Source: Auanema rhodensis
Taxonomy: Eukaryota; Animalia; Nematoda
Direction of reading: 5' to 3'
DNA length: 64,000 nt
Assembly: GCA_964057225.1 (NCBI GenBank)
Contig: OZ059900.1
Location: 25,792,001 to 25,856,000, forward strand
Each line of letters starts with the position of its first letter. Positions within the stretch are counted from its first letter, which is position 1. The notes beneath the pieces were generated by a model that was not told where the DNA came from, did no database searches, and saw only the letters and a program-made list of their open reading frames with translations. Positions 13,501 through 28,500 of the stretch are shown one piece after another. Position numbers and translations under genes: made by a program.

Positions 13501-16500
13501 CACACTGAAATTTGTTGCATTTGACGACTCATATGAACAAAAATTGATTTTATCAATATTAGCCATAAGGGGCGTGCCCTCAGAATATGCTAATTTCCTT
13601 AATTTTCTAACCCCTGTTTTTTTGTCGTGAAAGTGGAACTAGACGTTGTACGAACAATTTTGAGCTAGGTTTCATTGACATTGCATGAGTTTGAACACAT
13701 GAAATCGTAAGTCAAAACCTTGTCTACAGCGAAATTTCCAAAAACTGGTTTTCCAGCATAATAAAATATTTCTCATGGGAAATACAGTGTTTTTGTATTT
13801 TTTTAGTGTTCAGCATGTAAAATGCGTCATTTTAGTATGTAAAACGCTGAAATTCGTTGCATTTGACGACTCATATGAACAAAAATCGATTTTATCAATA
13901 TTAGCCATAAGGGGCGTGCCCTCAGAATATGCTAATTTCCTTAATTTTCTAACCCCTGTTTTTTTGTCGTGAAAGTGGAACTAGACGTTGTACGAACAAT
14001 TTTGAGCTAGGTTTCATTGACATTGCATGAGTTTGAACACATGAAATCGTAAGTCAAAACCTTGTTTACAGCGAAATTTCCAAAAACTGGTTTTCCAGCA
14101 TAATAAAATATTTCTCAAGGGAAAAACTGTGTTTTTATATTTTTCTAGTGTTCAGCATGTGAAATGCTTAATTTTAGTATGTAACACGCTGAAATTTGTT
14201 GCATTTGACGACTCATATGAACAAAAATCGATTTAATCAATATTAGCCATAAGGGGCGTGCCCTCAGAATATGCTAATTTCCTTAATTTTCTAACCCCTG
14301 TTTTTTGTCGTGAAAGTGGAACTAGACGTTGTACGAACAATTTTGAGCTAGGTTTCATTGACATTGCATGAGTTTGAACACATGAAATCGTAAGTCAAAA
14401 CCTTGTTTACAGCGAAATTTCCAAAAACTGGTTTTCCAGCATAATAAAATATTTCTCATGGGAAATACTGTGTTTTTGTATTTTTCTAGTGTTCAGCATG
14501 TAAAATGCTTCATTTTAGTATGTAACACGCTGAAATTCGTTGCATTTGACGACTCATATGAACAAAAATCGATTTAATCAATATTAGCCATAAGGGGCGT
14601 GCCCTCAGAATATGCTAATTTCCTTAATTTTCTAACCCCTGTTTTTTTGTCGTGAAAGTGGAACTAGACGTTGTACGAACAATTTTGAGCTAGGTTTCAT
14701 TGACATTGCATCAGTTTGAACACATGAAATCGTAAGTCAAAACCTTGTTTACAGCGAAATTTCCAAAAACTGGTTTTCCAGCATAATAAAATATTTCTCA
14801 TGGGAAATACTGTGTTTTTGTATTTTTCTAGTGTTCAACATGTAAAATGCTTCATTTTAGTATGTAACACGCTGAAATTCGTTGCATTTGACGACTCATA
14901 TGAACAAAAATCGATTTAATCAATATTAGCCATAAGGGGCGTGCCCTCAGAATATGCTAATTTCCTTAATTTTCTAACCCCTGTTTTTTTGTCGTGAAAG
15001 TGGAACTAGACGTTGTACGAACAATTTTGAGCTAGGTTTCATTGACATTGCATGAGTTTGAACACATGAAATCGTAAGTCAAAACCTTGTTTACAGCGAA
15101 ATTTCCAAAAACTGGTTTTCCAGCATAATAAAATATTTCTCAAGGGAAAAACTGTGTTTTTATATTTTTCTAGTGTTCAGCATGTGAAATGCTTAATTTT
15201 AGTATGTAACACGCTGAAATTTGTTGCATTTGACGACTCATATGAACAAAAATCGATTTAATCAATATTAGCCATAAGGGGCGTGCCCTCAGAATATGCT
15301 AATTTCCTTAATTTTCTAACCCCTGTTTTTTTGTCGTGAAAGTGGAACTAGACGTTGTACGAACAATTTTGAGCTAGGTTTCATTGACATTGCATGAGTT
15401 TGAACACATGAAATCGTAAGTCAAAACCTTGTTTACAGCGAAATTTCCAAAAACTGGTTTTCCAGCATAATAAAATATTTCTCATGGGAAATACTGTGTT
15501 TTTGTATTTTTCTAGTGTTCAGCATGTAAAATGCTTCATTTTAGTATGTAACACGCTGAAATTCGTTGCATTTGACGACTCATATGAACAAAAATCGATT
15601 TAATCAATATTAGCCATAAGGGGCGTGCCCTCAGAATATGCTAATTTCCTTAATTTTCTAACCCCTGTTTTTTTGTCGTGAAAGTGGAACTAGACGTTGT
15701 ACGAACAATTTTGAGCTAGGTTTCATTGACATTGCATCAGTTTGAACACATGAAATCGTAAGTCAAAACCTTGTTTACAGCGAAATTTCCAAAAACTGGT
15801 TTTCCAGCATAATAAAATATTTCTCATGGGAAATACTGTGTTTTTGTATTTTTCTAGTGTTCAACATGTAAAATGCTTCATTTTAGTATGTAACACGCTG
15901 AAATTCGTTGCATTTGACGACTCATATGAACAAAAATCGATTTAATCAATATTAGCCATAAGGGGCGTGCCCTCAGAATATGCTAATTTCCTTAATTTTC
16001 TAACCCCTGTTTTTTTGTCGTGAAAGTGGAACTAGACGTTGTACGAACAATTTTGAGCTAGGTTTCATTGACATTGCATGAGTTTGAACACATGAAATCG
16101 TAAGTCAAAACCTTGTCTACAGCGAAATTTCCAAAAACTGGTTTTCCAGCATAATAAAATATTTCTCATGGGAAAAACTGTGTTTTTGTATTTTTTTAGT
16201 GTTCAGCATGTAAAATGCGTCATTTTAGTATGTAAAACGCTGAAATTCGTTGCATTTGACGACTCATATGAACAAAAATCGATTTTATCAATATTAGCCA
16301 TAAGGGGCGTGCCCTCAGAATATGCTAATTTCCTTAATTTTCTAACCCCTGTTTTTTTGTCGTGAAAGTGGAACTAGACGTTGTACGAACAATTTTAAGC
16401 TAGGTTTCATTGACATTGCATGAGTTTGAACACATGAAATCGTAAGTCAAAACCTTGTTTACAGCGAAATTTCCAAAAACTGGTTTTCCAGCATAATACA

Positions 16501-19500
16501 ATATTTCTCAAGGGAAAAACTGTGTTTTTATATTTTTCTAGTGTTCAGCATGTGAAATGCTTAATTTTAGTATGTAACACGCTGAAATTTGTTGCATTTG
16601 ACGACTCATATGAACAAAAATCGATTTAATCAATATTAGCCATAAGGGGCGTGCCCTCAGAATATGCTAATTTCCTTAATTTTCTAACCCCTGTTTTTTT
16701 GTCGTGAAAGTGGAACTAGACGTTGTACGAACAATTTTGAGCTAGGTTTCATTGACATTGCATCAGTTTGAACACATGAAATCGTAAGTCAAAACCTTGT
16801 TTACAGCGAAATTTCCAAAAACTGGTTTTCCAGCATAATAAAATATTTCTCATGGGAAATACTGTGTTTTTGTATTTTTCTAGTGTTCAACATGTAAAAT
16901 GCTTCATTTTAGTATGTAACACGCTGAAATTCGTTGCATTTGACGACTCATATGAACAAAAATCGATTTTATCAATATTAGCCATAAGGGGCGTGCCCTC
17001 AGAATATGCTAATTTCCTTAATTTTCTAACCCCTGTTTTTTTGTCGTGAAAGTGGAACTAGACGTTGTACGAACAATTTTAAGCTAGGTTTCATTGACAT
17101 TGCATGAGTTTGAACACATGAAATCGTAAGTCAAAACCTTGTTTACAGCGAAATTTCCAAAAACTGGTTTTCCAGCATAATACAATATTTCTCAAGGGAA
17201 AAACTGTGTTTTTATATTTTTCTAGTGTTCAGCATGTGAAATGCTTAATTTTAGTATGTAACACGCTGAAATTTGTTGCATTTGACGACTCATATGAACA
17301 AAAATCGATTTAATCAATATTAGCCATAAGGGGCGTGCCCTCAGAATATGCTAATTTCCTTAATTTTCTAACCCCTGTTTTTTTGTCGTGAAAGTGGAAC
17401 TAGACGTTGTACGAACAATTTTGAGCTAGGTTTCATTGACATTGCATGAGTTTGAACACATGAAATCGTAAGTCAAAACCTTGTTTACAGCGAAATTTCC
17501 AAAAACTGGTTTTCCAGCATAATACAATATTTCTCATGGGAAATACTGTGTTTTTGTATTTTTCTAGTGTTCAGAATGTAGAATGCTTCATTTTAGTACG
17601 TAACACGCTGAAATTCGTTGCATTTGACGACTCATATGAACAAAAATCGATTTAATCAATATTAGCCATAAGGGGCGTGCCCTCAGAATATGCTAATTTC
17701 CTTAATTTTCTAACCCCTGTTTTTTTGTCGTGAAAGTGGAACTAGACGTTGTACGAACAATTTTGAGCTAGGTTTCATTGACATTGCATGAGTTTGAACA
17801 CATGAAATCGTAAGTCAAAACCTTGTTTACAGCGAAATTTCCAAAAACTGGTTTTCCAGCATAATAAAATATTTCTCATGGGAAATACAGTGTTTTTGTA
17901 TTTTTTTAGTGTTCAGCATGTAAAATGCGTCATTTTAGTATGTAAAACGCTGAAATTCGTTGCATTTGACGACTCATATGAACAAAAATCGATTTTATCA
18001 ATATTAGCCATAAGGGGCGTGCCCTCAGAATATGCTAATTTCCTTAATTTTCTAACCCCTGTTTTTTTGTCGTGAAAGTGGAACTAGACGTTGTACGAAC
18101 AATTTTGAGCTAGGTTTCATTGACATTGCATGAGTTTGAACACATGAAATCGTAAGTCAAAACCTTGTTTACAGCGAAATTTCCAAAAACTGGTTTTCCA
18201 GCATAATACAATATTTCTCATGGGAAATACTGTGTTTTTGTATTTTTCTAGTGTTCAGAATGTAGAATGCTTCATTTTAGTACGTAACACGCTGAAATTC
18301 GTTGCATTTGACGACTCATATGAACAAAAATCGATTTAATCAATATTAGCCATAAGGGGCGTGCCCTCAGAATATGCTAATTTCCTTAATTTTCTAACCC
18401 CTGTTTTTTTGTCGTGAAAGTGGAACTAGACGTTGTACGAACAATTTTGAGCTAGGTTTCATTGACATTGCATGAGTTTGAACACATGAAATCGTAAGTC
18501 AAAACCTTGTTTACAGCGAAATTTCCAAAAACTGGTTTTCCAGCATAATAAAATATTTCTCATGGGAAATACAGTGTTTTTGTATTTTTTTAGTGTTCAG
18601 CATGTAAAATGCGTCATTTTAGTATGTAAAACGCTGAAATTCGTTGCATTTGACGACTCATATGAACAAAAATCGATTTTATCAATATTAGCCATAAGGG
18701 GCGTGCCCTCAGAATATGCTAATTTCCTTAATTTTCTAACCCCTGTTTTTTTGTCGTGAAAGTGGAACTAGACGTTGTACGAACAATTTTGAGCTAGGTT
18801 TCATTGACATTGCATGAGTTTGAACACATGAAATCGTAAGTCAAAACCTTGTTTACAGCGAAATTTCCAAAAACTGGTTTTCCAGCATAATACAATATTT
18901 CTCATGGGAAATACTGTGTTTTTGTATTTTTCTAGTGTTCAGAATGTAGAATGCTTCATTTTGATATGTAAAACGCTGAAATTCGTTGCATTTGACGACT
19001 CATATGAACAAAAATCGATTTTATCAATATTAGCCATAAGGGGCGTGCCCTCAGAATATGCTAATTTCCTTAATTTTCTAACCCCTGTTTTTTTGTCGTG
19101 AAAGTGGAACTAGACGTTGTACGAACAATTTTGAGCTAGGTTTCATTGACATTGCATGAGTTTGAACACATGAAATCGTAAGTCAAAACCTTGTTTACAG
19201 CGAAATTTCCAAAAACTGGTTTTCCAGCATAATAAAATATTTCTCATGGGAAATACAGTGTTTTTGTATTTTTTTAGTGTTCAGCATGTAAAATGCGTCA
19301 TTTTAGTATGTAAAACGCTGAAATTCGTTGCATTTGACGACTCATATGAACAAAAATCGATTTTATCAATATTAGCCATAAGGGGCGTGCCCTCAGAATA
19401 TGCTAATTTCCTTAATTTTCTAACCCCTGTTTTTTTGTCGTGAAAGTGGAACTAGACGTTGTACGAACAATTTTGAGCTAGGTTTCATTGACATTGCATG

Positions 19501-22500
19501 AGTTTGAACACATGAAATCGTAAGTCAAAACCTTGTTTACAGCGAAATTTCCAAAAACTGGTTTTCCAGCATAATACAATATTTCTCATGGGAAATACTG
19601 TGTTTTTGTATTTTTCTAGTGTTCAGAATGTAGAATGCTTCATTTTAGTACGTAACACGCTGAAATTCGTTGCATTTGACGACTCATATGAACAAAAATC
19701 GATTTAATCAATATTAGCCATAAGGGGCGTGCCCTCAGAATATGCTAATTTCCTTAATTTTCTAACCCCTGTTTTTTTGTCGTGAAAGTGGAACTAGACG
19801 TTGTACGAACAATTTTGAGCTAGGTTTCATTGACATTGCATGAGTTTGAACACATGAAATCGTAAGTCAAAACCTTGTTTACAGCGAAATTTCCAAAAAC
19901 TGGTTTTCCAGCATAATAAAATATTTCTCATGGGAAATACAGTGTTTTTGTATTTTTTTAGTGTTCAGCATGTAAAATGCGTCATTTTAGTATGTAAAAC
20001 GCTGAAATTCGTTGCATTTGACGACTCATATGAACAAAAATCGATTTTATCAATATTAGCCATAAGGGGCGTGCCCTCAGAATATGCTAATTTCCTTAAT
20101 TTTCTAACCCCTGTTTTTTTGTCGTGAAAGTGGAACTAGACGTTGTACGAACAATTTTGAGCTAGGTTTCATTGACATTGCATGAGTTTGAACACATGAA
20201 ATCGTAAGTCAAAACCTTGTTTACAGCGAAATTTCCAAAAACTGGTTTTCCAGCATAATACAATATTTCTCATGGGAAATACTGTGTTTTTGTATTTTTC
20301 TAGTGTTCAGAATGTAGAATGCTTCATTTTGATATGTAAAACGCTGAAATTCGTTGCATTTGACGACTCATATGAACAAAAATCGATTTTATCAATATTA
20401 GCCATAAGGGGCGTGCCCTCAGAATATGCTAATTTCCTTAATTTTCTAACCCCTGTTTTTTTGTCGTGAAAGTGAAACTAGACGTTGTACGAACAATTTT
20501 GAGCTAGGTTTCATTGACATTGCATCAGTTTGAACACATGAAATCGTAAGTCAAAACCTTGTTTACAGCGAAATTTCCAAAAACTGGTTTTCCAGCATAA
20601 TACAATATTTCTCAAGGGAAAAACTGTGTTTTTATATTTTTCTAGTGTTCAGCATGTGAAATGCTTAATTTTAGTATGTAACACGCTGAATTTTGTTGCA
20701 TTTGACGACTCATATGAACAAAAATCGATTTAATCAATATTAGCCATAAGGGGCGTGCCCTCAGAATATGCTAATTTCCTTAATTTTCTAACCCCTGTTT
20801 TTTTGTCGTGAAAGTGGAACTAGACGTTGTACGAACAATTTTAAGCTAGGTTTCATTGACATTGCATGAGTTTGAACACATGAAATCGTAAGTCAAAACC
20901 TTGTTTACAGCGAAATTTCCAAAAACTGGTTTTCCAGCATAATACAATATTTCTCAAGGGAAAAACTGTGTTTTTATATTTTTCTAGTGTTCAGCATGTG
21001 AAATGCTTAATTTTAGTATGTAACACGCTGAAATTTGTTGCATTTGACGACTCATATGAACAAAAATCGATTTAATCAATATTAGCCATAAGGGGCGTGC
21101 CCTCAGAATATGCTAATTTCCTTAATTTTCTAACCCCTGTTTTTTTGTCGTGAAAGTGGAACTAGACGTTGTACGAACAATTTTGAGCTAGGTTTCATTG
21201 ACATTGCATGAGTTTGAACACATGAAATCGTAAGTCAAAACCTTGTTTACAGCGAAATTTCCAAAAACTGGTTTTCCAGCATAATACAATATTTCTCATG
21301 GGAAATACTGTGTTTTTGTATTTTTCTAGTGTTCAGAATGTAGAATGCTTCATTTTAGTACGTAACACGCTGAAATTCGTTGCATTTGACGACTCATATG
21401 AACAAAAATCGATTTAATCAATATTAGCCATAAGGGGCGTGCCCTCAGAATATGCTAATTTCCTTAATTTTCTAACCCCTGTTTTTTTGTCGTGAAAGTG
21501 GAACTAGACGTTGTACGAACAATTTTGAGCTAGGTTTCATTGACATTGCATGAGTTTGAACACATGAAATCGTAAGTCAAAACCTTGTTTACAGCGAAAT
21601 TTCCAAAAACTGGTTTTCCAGCATAATAAAATATTTCTCATGGGAAATACAGTGTTTTTGTATTTTTTTAGTGTTCAGCATGTAAAATGCGTCATTTTAG
21701 TATGTAAAACGCTGAAATTCGTTGCATTTGACGACTCATATGAACAAAAATCGATTTTATCAATATTAGCCATAAGGGGCGTGCCCTCAGAATATGCTAA
21801 TTTCCTTAATTTTCTAACCCCTGTTTTTTTGTCGTGAAAGTGGAACTAGACGTTGTACGAACAATTTTGAGCTAGGTTTCATTGACATTGCATGAGTTTG
21901 AACACATGAAATCGTAAGTCAAAACCTTGTTTACAGCGAAATTTCCAAAAACTGGTTTTCCAGCATAATACAATATTTCTCATGGGAAATACTGTGTTTT
22001 TGTATTTTTCTAGTGTTCAGAATGTAGAATGCTTCATTTTGATATGTAAAACGCTGAAATTCGTTGCATTTGACGACTCATATGAACAAAAATCGATTTT
22101 ATCAATATTAGCCATAAGGGGCGTGCCCTCAGAATATGCTAATTTCCTTAATTTTCTAACCCCTGTTTTTTTGTCGTGAAAGTGAAACTAGACGTTGTAC
22201 GAACAATTTTGAGCTAGGTTTCATTGACATTGCATGAGTTTGAACACATGAAATCGTAAGTCAAAACCTTGTTTACAGCGAAATTTCCAAAAACTGGTTT
22301 TCCAGCATAATAAAATATTTCTCATGGGAAATACAGTGTTTTTGTATTTTTTTAGTGTTCAGCATGTAAAATGCGTCATTTTAGTATGTAAAACGCTGAA
22401 ATTCGTTGCATTTGACGACTCATATGAACAAAAATCGATTTTATCAATATTAGCCATAAGGGGCGTGCCCTCAGAATATGCTAATTTCCTTAATTTTCTA

Positions 22501-25500
22501 ACCCCTGTTTTTTTGTCGTGAAAGTGGAACTAGACGTTGTACGAACAATTTTGAGCTAGGTTTCATTGACATTGCATGAGTTTGAACACATGAAATCGTA
22601 AGTCAAAACCTTGTTTACAGCGAAATTTCCAAAAACTGGTTTTCCAGCATAATACAATATTTCTCATGGGAAATACTGTGTTTTTGTATTTTTCTAGTGT
22701 TCAGAATGTAGAATGCTTCATTTTAGTACGTAACACGCTGAAATTCGTTGCATTTGACGACTCATATGAACAAAAATCGATTTAATCAATATTAGCCATA
22801 AGGGGCGTGCCCTCAGAATATGCTAATTTCCTTAATTTTCTAACCCCTGTTTTTTTGTCGTGAAAGTGGAACTAGACGTTGTACGAACAATTTTGAGCTA
22901 GGTTTCATTGACATTGCATGAGTTTGAACACATGAAATCGTAAGTCAAAACCTTGTTTACAGCGAAATTTCCAAAAACTGGTTTTCCAGCATAATAAAAT
23001 ATTTCTCATGGGAAATACAGTGTTTTTGTATTTTTTTAGTGTTCAGCATGTAAAATGCGTCATTTTAGTATGTAAAACGCTGAAATTCGTTGCATTTGAC
23101 GACTCATATGAACAAAAATCGATTTTATCAATATTAGCCATAAGGGGCGTGCCCTCAGAATATGCTAATTTCCTTAATTTTCTAACCCCTGTTTTTTTGT
23201 CGTGAAAGTGGAACTAGACGTTGTACGAACAATTTTGAGCTAGGTTTCATTGACATTGCATGAGTTTGAACACATGAAATCGTAAGTCAAAACCTTGTTT
23301 ACAGCGAAATTTCCAAAAACTGGTTTTCCAGCATAATACAATATTTCTCATGGGAAATACTGTGTTTTTGTATTTTTCTAGTGTTCAGAATGTAGAATGC
23401 TTCATTTTGATATGTAAAACGCTGAAATTCGTTGCATTTGACGACTCATATGAACAAAAATCGATTTTATCAATATTAGCCATAAGGGGCGTGCCCTCAG
23501 AATATGCTAATTTCCTTAATTTTCTAACCCCTGTTTTTTTGTCGTGAAAGTGAAACTAGACGTTGTACGAACAATTTTGAGCTAGGTTTCATTGACATTG
23601 CATCAGTTTGAACACATGAAATCGTAAGTCAAAACCTTGTTTACAGCGAAATTTCCAAAAACTGGTTTTCCAGCATAATACAATATTTCTCAAGGGAAAA
23701 ACTGTGTTTTTATATTTTTCTAGTGTTCAGCATGTGAAATGCTTAATTTTAGTATGTAACACGCTGAATTTTGTTGCATTTGACGACTCATATGAACAAA
23801 AATCGATTTAATCAATATTAGCCATAAGGGGCGTGCCCTCAGAATATGCTAATTTCCTTAATTTTCTAACCCCTGTTTTTTTGTCGTGAAAGTGGAACTA
23901 GACGTTGTACGAACAATTTTGAGCTAGGTTTCATTGACATTGCATCAGTTTGAACACATGAAATCGTAAGTCAAAACCTTGTTTACAGCGAAATTTCCAA
24001 AAACTGGTTTTCCAGCATAATAAAATATTTCTCATGGGAAATACAGTGTTTTTGTATTTTTTTAGTGTTCAGCATGTAAAATGCGTCATTTTAGTATGTA
24101 AAACGCTGAAATTCGTTGCATTTGACGACTCATATGAACAAAAATCGATTTTATCAATATTAGCCATAAGGGGCGTGCCCTCAGAATATGCTAATTTCCT
24201 TAATTTTCTAACCCCTGTTTTTTTGTCGTGAAAGTGGAACTAGACGTTGTACGAACAATTTTGAGCTAGGTTTCATTGACATTGCATGAGTTTGAACACA
24301 TGAAATCGTAAGTCAAAACCTTGTTTACAGCGAAATTTCCAAAAACTGGTTTTCCAGCATAATACAATATTTCTCATGGGAAATACTGTGTTTTTGTATT
24401 TTTCTAGTGTTCAGAATGTAGAATGCTTCATTTTAGTACGTAAAACGCTGAAATTCGTTGCATTTGACGACTCATATGAACAAAAATCGATTTAATCAAT
24501 ATTAGCCATAAGGGGCGTGCCCTCAGAATATGCTAATTTCCTTAATTTTCTAACCCCTGTTTTTTTGTCGTGAAAGTGGAACTAGACGTTGTACGAACAA
24601 TTTTGAGCTAGGTTTCATTGACATTGCATGAGTTTGAACACATGAAATCGTAAGTCAAAACCTTGTTTACAGCGAAATTTCCAAAAACTGGTTTTCCAGC
24701 ATAATAAAATATTTCTCATGGGAAATACTGTGTTTTTGTATTTTTCTAGTGTTCAGCATGTAAAATGCTTCATTTTAGTATGTAACACGCTGAAATTCGT
24801 TGCATTTGACGACTCATATGAACAAAAATCGATTTAATCAATATTAGCCATAAGGGGCGTGCCCTCAGAATATGCTAATTTCCTTAATTTTCTAACCCCT
24901 GTTTTTTTGTCGTGAAAGTGGAACTAGACGTTGTACGAACAATTTTGAGCTAGGTTTCATTGACATTGCATGAGTTTGAACACATGAAATCGTAAGTCAA
25001 AACCTTGTTTACAGCGAAATTTCCAAAAACTGGTTTTCCAGCATAATAAAATATTTCTCATGGGAAATACAGTGTTTTTGTATTTTTTTAGTGTTCAGCA
25101 TGTAAAATGCGTCATTTTAGTATGTAAAACGCTGAAATTCGTTGCATTTGACGACTCATATGAACAAAAATCGATTTTATCAATATTAGCCATAAGGGGC
25201 GTGCCCTCAGAATATGCTAATTTCCTTAATTTTCTAACCCCTGTTTTTTTGTCGTGAAAGTGGAATTAGACGTTGTACGAACAATTTTGAGCTAGGTTTC
25301 ATTGACATTGCATGAGTTTGAACACATGAAATCGTAAGTCAAAACCTTGTTTACAGCGAAATTTCCAAAAACTGGTTTTCCAGCATAATAAAATATTTCT
25401 CAAGGGAAAAACTGTGTTTTTATATTTTTCTAGTGTTCAGCATGTGAAATGCTTAATTTTAGTATGTAACACGCTGAAATTCGTTGCATTTGACGACTCA

Positions 25501-28500
25501 TATGAACAAAAATCGATTTAATCAATATTAGCCATAAGGGGCGTGCCCTCAGAATATGCTAATTTCCTTAATTTTCTAACCCCTGTTTTTTTGTCGTGAA
25601 AGTGGAACTAGACGTTGTACGAACAATTTTGAGCTAGGTTTCATTGACATTGCATGAGTTTGAACACATGAAATCGTAAGTCAAAACCTTGTTTACAGCG
25701 AAATTTCCAAAAACTGGTTTTCCAGCATAATAAAATATTTCTCATGGGAAATACTGTGTTTTTGTATTTTTCTAGTGTTCAGCATGTAAAATGCTTCATT
25801 TTAGTATGTAACACGCTGAAATTCGTTGCATTTGACGACTCATATGAACAAAAATCGATTTAATCAATATTAGCCATAAGGGGCGTGCCCTCAGAATATG
25901 CTAATTTCCTTAATTTTCTAACCCCTGTTTTTTTGTCGTGAAAGTGGAACTAGACGTTGTACGAACAATTTTGAGCTAGGTTTCATTGACATTGCATCAG
26001 TTTGAACACATGAAATCGTAAGTCAAAACCTTGTTTACAGCGAAATTTCCAAAAACTGGTTTTCCAGCATAATAAAATATTTCTCATGGGAAATACTGTG
26101 TTTTTGTATTTTTCTAGTGTTCAACATGTAAAATGCTTCATTTTAGTATGTAACACGCTGAAATTCGTTGCATTTGACGACTCATATGAACAAAAATCGA
26201 TTTAATCAATATTAGCCATAAGGGGCGTGCCCTCAGAATATGCTAATTTCCTTAATTTTCTAACCCCTGTTTTTTTGTCGTGAAAGTGGAACTAGACGTT
26301 GTACGAACAATTTTGAGCTAGGTTTCATTGACATTGCATGAGTTTGAACACATGAAATCGTAAGTCAAAACCTTGTTTACAGCGAAATTTCCAAAAACTG
26401 GTTTTCCAGCATAATAAAATATTTCTCATGGGAAAAACTGTGTTTTTGTATTTTTCTAGTGTTCAGCATGTAAAATGCTTCATTTTAGTATGTAGCACAC
26501 TGAAATTTGTTGCATTTGACGACTCATATGAACAAAAATTGATTTTATCAATATTAGCCATAAGGGGCGTGCCCTCAGAATATGCTAATTTCCTTAATTT
26601 TCTAACCCCTGTTTTTTTTGTCGTGAAAGTGGAACTAGACGTTGTACGAACAATTTTGAGCTAGGTTTCATTGACATTGCATGAGTTTGAACACATGAAA
26701 TCGTAAGTCAAAACCTTGTCTACAGCGAAATTTCCAAAAACTGGTTTTCCAGCATAATAAAATATTTCTCATGGGAAATACAGTGTTTTTGTATTTTTTT
26801 AGTGTTCAGCATGTAAAATGCGTCATTTTAGTATGTAAAACGCTGAAATTCGTTGCATTTGACGACTCATATGAACAAAAATCGATTTTATCAATATTAG
26901 CCATAAGGGGCGTGCCCTCAGAATATGCTAATTTCCTTAATTTTCTAACCCCTGTTTTTTTGTCGTGAAAGTGGAACTAGACGTTGTACGAACAATTTTG
27001 AGCTAGGTTTCATTGACATTGCATGAGTTTGAACACATGAAATCGTAAGTCAAAACCTTGTTTACAGCGAAATTTCCAAAAACTGGTTTTCCAGCATAAT
27101 AAAATATTTCTCAAGGGAAAAACTGTGTTTTTATATTTTTCTAGTGTTCAGCATGTGAAATGCTTAATTTTAGTATGTAACACGCTGAAATTTGTTGCAT
27201 TTGACGACTCATATGAACAAAAATCGATTTAATCAATATTAGCCATAAGGGGCGTGCCCTCAGAATATGCTAATTTCCTTAATTTTCTAACCCCTGTTTT
27301 TTTGTCGTGAAAGTGGAACTAGACGTTGTACGAACAATTTTGAGCTAGGTTTCATTGACATTGCATGAGTTTGAACACATGAAATCGTAAGTCAAAACCT
27401 TGTTTACAGCGAAATTTCCAAAAACTGGTTTTCCAGCATAATAAAATATTTCTCATGGGAAATACTGTGTTTTTGTATTTTTCTAGTGTTCAGCATGTAA
27501 AATGCTTCATTTTAGTATGTAACACGCTGAAATTCGTTGCATTTGACGACTCATATGAACAAAAATCGATTTAATCAATATTAGCCATAAGGGGCGTGCC
27601 CTCAGAATATGCTAATTTCCTTAATTTTCTAACCCCTGTTTTTTTGTCGTGAAAGTGGAACTAGACGTTGTACGAACAATTTTGAGCTAGGTTTCATTGA
27701 CATTGCATCAGTTTGAACACATGAAATCGTAAGTCAAAACCTTGTTTACAGCGAAATTTCCAAAAACTGGTTTTCCAGCATAATAAAATATTTCTCATGG
27801 GAAATACTGTGTTTTTGTATTTTTCTAGTGTTCAACATGTAAAATGCTTCATTTTAGTATGTAACACGCTGAAATTCGTTGCATTTGACGACTCATATGA
27901 ACAAAAATCGATTTAATCAATATTAGCCATAAGGGGCGTGCCCTCAGAATATGCTAATTTCCTTAATTTTCTAACCCCTGTTTTTTTGTCGTGAAAGTGG
28001 AACTAGACGTTGTACGAACAATTTTGAGCTAGGTTTCATTGACATTGCATGAGTTTGAACACATGAAATCGTAAGTCAAAACCTTGTCTACAGCGAAATT
28101 TCCAAAAACTGGTTTTCCAGCATAATAAAATATTTCTCATGGGAAAAACTGTGTTTTTGTATTTTTTTAGTGTTCAGCATGTAAAATGCGTCATTTTAGT
28201 ATGTAAAACGCTGAAATTCGTTGCATTTGACGACTCATATGAACAAAAATCGATTTTATCAATATTAGCCATAAGGGGCGTGCCCTCAGAATATGCTAAT
28301 TTCCTTAATTTTCTAACCCCTGTTTTTTTGTCGTGAAAGTGGAACTAGACGTTGTACGAACAATTTTAAGCTAGGTTTCATTGACATTGCATGAGTTTGA
28401 ACACATGAAATCGTAAGTCAAAACCTTGTTTACAGCGAAATTTCCAAAAACTGGTTTTCCAGCATAATAAAATATTTCTCATGGGAAATACAGTGTTTTT

